A DNA stretch of 62,522 nucleotides, the filler included, from Chloroflexota bacterium (GTDB taxonomy: Bacteria > Chloroflexota > Chloroflexia > QHBQ01), in NCBI GenBank assembly GCA_043754535.1. It is 6 parts of 6 records of this genome, joined end to end, with 100 filler letters (N's around TTAATTAATTAA, not from the genome) between each part and the next. Parts side by side here need not be neighbours in the genome. Positions count along the whole stretch, not along the records: positions 50,394 to 56,436 come from JAYUUN010000016.1; positions 56,537 to 62,522 come from JAYUUN010000017.1; 4 more parts are not named here. The stretch is one strand, 5' to 3'. Each line of letters opens with the position of its first letter. Within the stretch, counting starts at the first letter, position 1. This document shows positions 55,877 to 62,522 of this stretch, one piece after another. The notes under the pieces were generated by a model. It searched no databases. It was not told the origin of the DNA and saw only the letters and a list, made by a program, of their open reading frames with translations. The position numbers were made by a program, and so were the translations under genes.

Positions 55877-56119
55877 ATGCGGGTACGCATCGTAGTCAAG
55901 GAGGGCAAGCTCGGCTTCTTCACCGAGGATGGCACCTTTGAGCAGGGGGGAGAGCAAATCTTTGCCCTGCGGCAGCAGCTTGGCCTTGCCGGGCTGGATA
56001 TCGCACTGGACGGGCCGGTGGAGCAGCACCGTCACGACGACCAGCCAGCGCGAACCTACAACGAGCAAGGGCAGGTCAGCCACAGCCACGATGGGGGCGA
56101 AACCCTCCACCCCCACTGA
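55877..56119 (+). CDS. small hypothetical protein (possibly DUF2997-like) with His-rich tail
   Basis: AAGGAG RBS; MRVRIVVKEGKL..., EQHRHDD...HSHDG...HPH. Confidence 0.55.
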   Translation: MRVRIVVKEGKLGFFTEDGTFEQGGEQIFALRQQLGLAGLDIALDGPVEQHRHDDQPARTYNEQGQVSHSHDGGETLHPH

Positions 56120-56149
56120 CCATTATCTACTATCTACAGGAGCATAGCC

Positions 56150-56436
56150 ATGACCGCAGTCCAGCTGCCCCCAACTTCCCAGCCAGCGACCCCGCCGCGC
56201 CCGCCTGCCTGGGCCGAGTACCTGACCAGCCTGTTCCAGAGCGCGGCCACTAACCTCTACATCCTGCATGGCAACGTGCGTGACTACCCCCGCAAGCGTG
56301 AACTGCTAGACGAGTACCTGCGAAAGATTGCCGTCAATACCGCCCGTCCAGTTATCGCTTACTACAACCGCGCCGAGGGCTGGTCGTTCCCCCTCCCTTC
56401 GCACCGCAAGTTCGCTCGCAAACTGGTGGGCCAGCC
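56150..56436 (+). CDS. N-terminus of a probable AAA+ ATPase (3'-truncated)
   Basis: PAWAE.L...F.S.....YILHGNVRD...IAYYNRAEG, an N-terminal pattern I associate with Ycf46-like double-AAA proteins; Walker motifs not in the window. Confidence 0.6.
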
Positions 56437-56536
56437 NNNNNNNNNNNNNNNNNNNNNNNNNNNNNNNNNNNNNNNNNNNNTTAATTAATTAANNNNNNNN
56501 NNNNNNNNNNNNNNNNNNNNNNNNNNNNNNNNNNNN
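56437..56536. other. artificial contig linker
   Basis: N44-TTAATTAATTAA-N44. Confidence 0.99.
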
Positions 56537-56537
56537 T

Positions 56538-58810
<2,273 letters not shown>

Positions 58811-58840
58811 GCTGAGGTGGGGTATAAAGGAGGCTAGAGG

Positions 58841-59635
58841 TTGAACTACAACTACGACCGCTCGGTAATGTACTATGACCAGACTCGCGCCTTCGCCCCT
58901 GGTGTCGAGCAGCGGGCGGTTGCCGCCATTGGTGCCGCGCTCGGTTTGGCGGTGGGGGCGCGGCTGTTGGAGATCGGGGTTGGCACTGGGCGGCTGGCCT
59001 TGCCACTGGCGCAGGTGGCTGACTACTGCTATCATGGACAGGACATCTCTGCTGGCATGATGGGCAGGCTGCGCGAGAAGCTCACCCCCAACCAGCAGGT
59101 GCTGCTGACGCAGAGCGATGCGGCAGCGTTGCCCTATCAGGCCGGGAGCTTTGACGCAGTGCTGGCCGTCCACGTTATGCACCTGCTGCCAGATACCGCC
59201 GCTGCATTGGAGGAGGTGCGGCGCGTACTACGGGCTGGTAGCCGCTTTGTCAGCGTGCGTGACAACCTGCCTGCTGGCGACGACCTGGGCGCGAAGTTGG
59301 AGGTGCAAATGGCTTTGTTCTTGCGCGAGGAGAGTTACATGGGGGACACGAGCAAGCAGGCAAAGGGGAACGTGACGCTGGCGGCGTTGGCGGCGGCGGG
59401 CGCACGTGAGGTGCAGAGCAGCGTCGCCTTTAGCTGGACGCTAACCACCAGCCCACGGGCTGCCTTCGCCATGATCGCTGGGCGGCAGACGCGGGGGCTG
59501 TGGGCCGTGCCAGAAGACATCTTCCAGCCCGCGCTGCTGCGGCTCTGCGGCTGGTTGGGCGCAGAGTACAGGGGGGTACTAGACGAGCCGATCCCCCAGG
59601 AGCGCAACTTCGAGATCATCACTGCGTTGTTCTAG
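58841..59635 (+). CDS. class I SAM-dependent methyltransferase (paralogue 2)
   Basis: YDRSVMYYDQTR, LLEIGVGTGR, DAAALPY...SFDAV. Confidence 0.92.
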   Translation: MNYNYDRSVMYYDQTRAFAPGVEQRAVAAIGAALGLAVGARLLEIGVGTGRLALPLAQVADYCYHGQDISAGMMGRLREKLTPNQQVLLTQSDAAALPYQAGSFDAVLAVHVMHLLPDTAAALEEVRRVLRAGSRFVSVRDNLPAGDDLGAKLEVQMALFLREESYMGDTSKQAKGNVTLAALAAAGAREVQSSVAFSWTLTTSPRAAFAMIAGRQTRGLWAVPEDIFQPALLRLCGWLGAEYRGVLDEPIPQERNFEIITALF

Positions 59636-59648
59636 AGGAGGGTTGGAG

Positions 59649-60464
59649 ATGGCGAAATCAGTAGCCTTTGATCGGGCGGTAGATTACTACGATCAGACGA
59701 GGGGTTATGCCCCCGGCGTTGAGCAGCAGGCGATACGAGCGGTGGCCGATGCGCTTAACCTTGCGTCTGATGACCGCGTGCTTGAGGTGGGGGTTGGCAC
59801 CGGGCGGGTTGGCTTGCCACTCAGTCGGCTTGGCTACCGCTATCATGGTGTAGACCTCTCCCTGCCAATGATGCTGAAGCTACGCGAGAAGATGCAGCCG
59901 GGTGACCAGCTACCTATCGTACAGGGTGACGCAACCATGCTGCCCTATAAGAATGCTGCGTTCAAGGGGGTGGTAGTGGTACACGTCTTCCACCTCGTCT
60001 CTGATGTGCGGATGATGGCCGCCGAGATCAAGCGCGTCTTGCCAGCGGGCGCACCGCTCGTCGCTATTGGTGACAGCCGCAGCAGCAACAGCCAGCACGA
60101 CCTGTTGGACGAGCTGCACGATAAGATGGACGATTTGCTGACCGCGGCGGGCTACCAAAAGGTGGAGGAAGCTAGCAACTCGCCCCGCCGCAACTGGCCC
60201 AACGTGCTAAGCATCTTGCAGGAGATGAGCAACCAGCCAGTGGAGGATTATACCGCCTTTAGCTGGCAGCAGACGCGCACCCTCAGTCAGGCCTACGACT
60301 GGTTTACCCGCCGCATCTGGAGCGGGCATTGGGAGATCCCCGACCAGTTCTTCCAGCCCGCGATTCAGAAGCTGGGCCAATGGCTGCACGCCGAGTATGG
60401 TGACCGCCTGAACGAGCCGGTTACTGATGAGCGCGAGTTCAAGATTACGAAGGTAGTATTTTAA
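59649..60464 (+). CDS. class I SAM-dependent methyltransferase (paralogue 3)
   Basis: FDRAVDYYDQTR, VLEVGVGTGR, GVDLS..M, GDATMLPY. Confidence 0.93.
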   Translation: MAKSVAFDRAVDYYDQTRGYAPGVEQQAIRAVADALNLASDDRVLEVGVGTGRVGLPLSRLGYRYHGVDLSLPMMLKLREKMQPGDQLPIVQGDATMLPYKNAAFKGVVVVHVFHLVSDVRMMAAEIKRVLPAGAPLVAIGDSRSSNSQHDLLDELHDKMDDLLTAAGYQKVEEASNSPRRNWPNVLSILQEMSNQPVEDYTAFSWQQTRTLSQAYDWFTRRIWSGHWEIPDQFFQPAIQKLGQWLHAEYGDRLNEPVTDEREFKITKVVF

Positions 60465-61501
60465 TGAAGAAGGCAATAGTCTGGATCGGTATTGCGATCA
60501 GCATCGTGGCCCTGGTGCTAGTCCTCACCCAGGAGAAGATAGATTGGGGGCGCGTGGGGTCGTCCTTGCAGACGATCAACTGGTGGTGGATATTGGCGAC
60601 GCTGATCCCCTACGTGCTAACTATCGCGGGCAAGGTCTTCCGCTGGCGGGTGCTGCTCTACCCCGACAGGCCGCGCCTGAGCAAGCTGAACAACGGGCTG
60701 CTGATCAGCTACCTGTTCAACATCGCGCTGCCTGCCCGCCCTGGCGAGGTGATCCGCGCCTACTACGTGGCCGAGATAGAGGGCATCAGCTTCGTGCGCC
60801 TGCTCAGTACCATCTTCGTCGAGAAGGTACTAGACATCCTCACCCTGGTGCTGCTGCTCGCGGTGGTGCTGCCCTTCGCGCCACTACCCAGCGAGTTGCA
60901 GGGGCCAGCCATCTTTCTCAGTGTGTTGTTCTTCGCCCTGTTCGTAGTAATCATGCTATTTGCGCTCAAGCCGCAGCTTGGTATCAAGGCGGTCGCTTTC
61001 GCCACTCGCCCGCTACCTGCCAGCATCGGCAGCAAGATAAACGGCATTGCAGAGCAGGTAATCAAGGGACTGGAGCCGCTGGCTAACCCGCGCCTCACCC
61101 TGCCGCTGGTTGGTTGGTCGCTCTTTACCTGGTTGACCAACGCTGGTACGACCCTGACGGTGGTGCTGGCCTTTAACCTGCCAGTGCCACTAATCACCGC
61201 CAGCCTGCTGATCACCATCCTGTTCAACCTGGGCATGAGCATCCCCACGCAAGGTGGCCTCGGTGTCTTTGAGTACATCGTTACCCTGATCCTAAAGCAG
61301 GTGTTTGGGCAGCCAGACGACAGCGCAAACCTCAGCTTTGCCTTCGTGCTGCACATCATTGGCTACCTGCCACTGGCTATCGTCGGCTTCGTGATCATGC
61401 TAGTCGAGGGTTTGAGTTGGGGTAGCCTGACCAGTGCGGCGGGCAGCGCGAACAAGCAGGTTGAGCCGCCCGTAGTGCAGGAGGTCGAGCGCGTTGCTTG
61501 A
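60464..61501 (+). CDS. lysylphosphatidylglycerol synthase TM-like flippase (UPF0104)
   Basis: RWRVLL, NIALPARPGEVIR, EKVLD, PTQGGLGVFE. Confidence 0.9.
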   Translation: MKKAIVWIGIAISIVALVLVLTQEKIDWGRVGSSLQTINWWWILATLIPYVLTIAGKVFRWRVLLYPDRPRLSKLNNGLLISYLFNIALPARPGEVIRAYYVAEIEGISFVRLLSTIFVEKVLDILTLVLLLAVVLPFAPLPSELQGPAIFLSVLFFALFVVIMLFALKPQLGIKAVAFATRPLPASIGSKINGIAEQVIKGLEPLANPRLTLPLVGWSLFTWLTNAGTTLTVVLAFNLPVPLITASLLITILFNLGMSIPTQGGLGVFEYIVTLILKQVFGQPDDSANLSFAFVLHIIGYLPLAIVGFVIMLVEGLSWGSLTSAAGSANKQVEPPVVQEVERVA

Positions 61502-62522
61502 GTTCAACGAGCGGCTGGTTAGCCCCCTGCTGCTGTTCGCTCTCTTGCTACTCGGTGTCGCCAGCTACTTCGCGGTGCGCTGGTGGGAGCAGCGCATACA
61601 TCGCCATGCTACCTCTCTGCCACAAGGGCGCGGGTTGGCTGAGGAAGTGCTGGCAGTGGGGGGATTGGTGCTGGCCTGGGTCGGCTTCTTCTGGCAACCA
61701 CTGCTTAGTAGCGGGGTGTGGCTGCCACGCGGCGGCGGCGACTTCACTTCCTTCTACTATCCTCTCTATAGTTTCGCCAGCCGTTCGCTGCACGCGGGCC
61801 ACCTACCACTCTGGAACCCATCGCTCTACGCAGGGATGCCCTACGTGGCCGACTTGCAGACAGCAGCCCTCTACCCGCCGACGCTGCTTGCGCTTGCCTT
61901 CGGCCAGTTCAGCTATGGGCGGCTAGAACTGCTGGTGATCGTCCACTACCTGTTTGCTTCAACAACCATGTACCTGTTCCTGCGGCAAGGCTTGCGGCAA
62001 GGGCGGACGGCTGCCGTCCTCGGTGGGATCGCCTTCGCCTACTGTGGCTTCATGACCGCTCACTTCGGCCACCTGCCGATGGTACCAGTCGCCAGTTGGC
62101 TGCCGCTTAGTATGCTGGCGGTCACAAAGATGCTGTCAGTAGAACGGGCAAACCCCCAGCTTGACCCTCCCTCACAAGAGGGAAGGGGGCCGAACAATCG
62201 CCCGCTCGCTGCTCCCCTAAGGCGGTTGCGCTGGGCGGCAGTGGGGGGGGTTAGCCTTGCGTTGGGGGTGCTGGCGGGCCACCCGCAGATATTCTTCTAC
62301 TGTGCGCTGACCGTCGCAGCCTGGGCAATCTACCTGATCGCCAGCAACTGGCGGCTGGTAGGCGACAGCAACAGGCAGGTTATACTCTACAATCTACAAT
62401 CTCTGCTCCCAACTGGTCTGATCTTCGGTCTGCTCGCTCTGCCACAGTTGCTTCTTAGCAACGAACTGGGCGGCGAGTCGATCCGGGCTGGCATTGGTTA
62501 CCAACAGGCGGCGACCGACTTC
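61494..62522 (+). CDS. YfhO-like GT-C membrane glycosyltransferase (3'-truncated; absent from the ORF track)
   Basis: TTG start after AGGAGG; GGGDFTSFYYP, LPLWNPSLYAGMPY.AD.Q.AALYPP, LAGHPQ. Confidence 0.85.
   Translation, partial: MLEFNERLVSPLLLFALLLLGVASYFAVRWWEQRIHRHATSLPQGRGLAEEVLAVGGLVLAWVGFFWQPLLSSGVWLPRGGGDFTSFYYPLYSFASRSLHAGHLPLWNPSLYAGMPYVADLQTAALYPPTLLALAFGQFSYGRLELLVIVHYLFASTTMYLFLRQGLRQGRTAAVLGGIAFAYCGFMTAHFGHLPMVPVASWLPLSMLAVTKMLSVERANPQLDPPSQEGRGPNNRPLAAPLRRLRWAAVGGVSLALGVLAGHPQIFFYCALTVAAWAIYLIASNWRLVGDSNRQVILYNLQSLLPTGLIFGLLALPQLLLSNELGGESIRAGIGYQQAATDF

Noticed and set aside
18963..56536. Five identical TTAATTAATTAA motifs within N runs
   Set aside because: Artificial contig linkers. 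Adjacency across them (e.g. glnA next to the antitoxin, AAA next to ligA) has no biological meaning, and ORFs containing X are artefacts.

Overview
The window is not one contiguous locus. It is six assembly contigs joined by five 100-nt artificial linkers (N44-TTAATTAATTAA-N44): 1-18962, 19063-37876, 37977-44101, 44202-50293, 50394-56436 and 56537-62522. Gene content is GC-rich and looks like Chloroflexota/Chloroflexia (inferred from 'FSDV..LACRG' SLH domains, a Chloroflexi-type repeat fused to a GH5-like domain, and a BTAD-STAND regulator). Contigs 1, 2 and 6 are mostly chromosomal (RidA, EF-G2, lpdA, ABC-2 exporter, soj/spo0J, glnA, ligA, methyltransferases, envelope proteins). Contig 3 looks plasmid/MGE-like: an HTH-parA-parB operon carrying 7-9 copies of a non-canonical 17-bp palindrome ATCCGCTG(T/A)CAGCGGAT (candidate new parS/operator), an AlbA_2/HATPase gene and a lone Phd-type antitoxin. 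Contig 4 has a SARP/BTAD-STAND-TPR regulator fused to an IS1 InsA-like module, a SARP-box-like promoter, a small 'FIVRLWRE' protein and an FG-GAP/SLH protein. Contig 5 looks phage/ICE-like: an orphan cytosine methyltransferase with 5 internal repeats, and an RHH-like gene and a DUF3150-like/two-small-protein/AAA operon on mirror-image promoters. Other highlights are a probable ANTAR attenuator upstream of glnA and a tandem pair of degenerate PD-(D/E)XK/Cas4-like paralogues. All family calls come from motif recognition by eye; no database searches were run.
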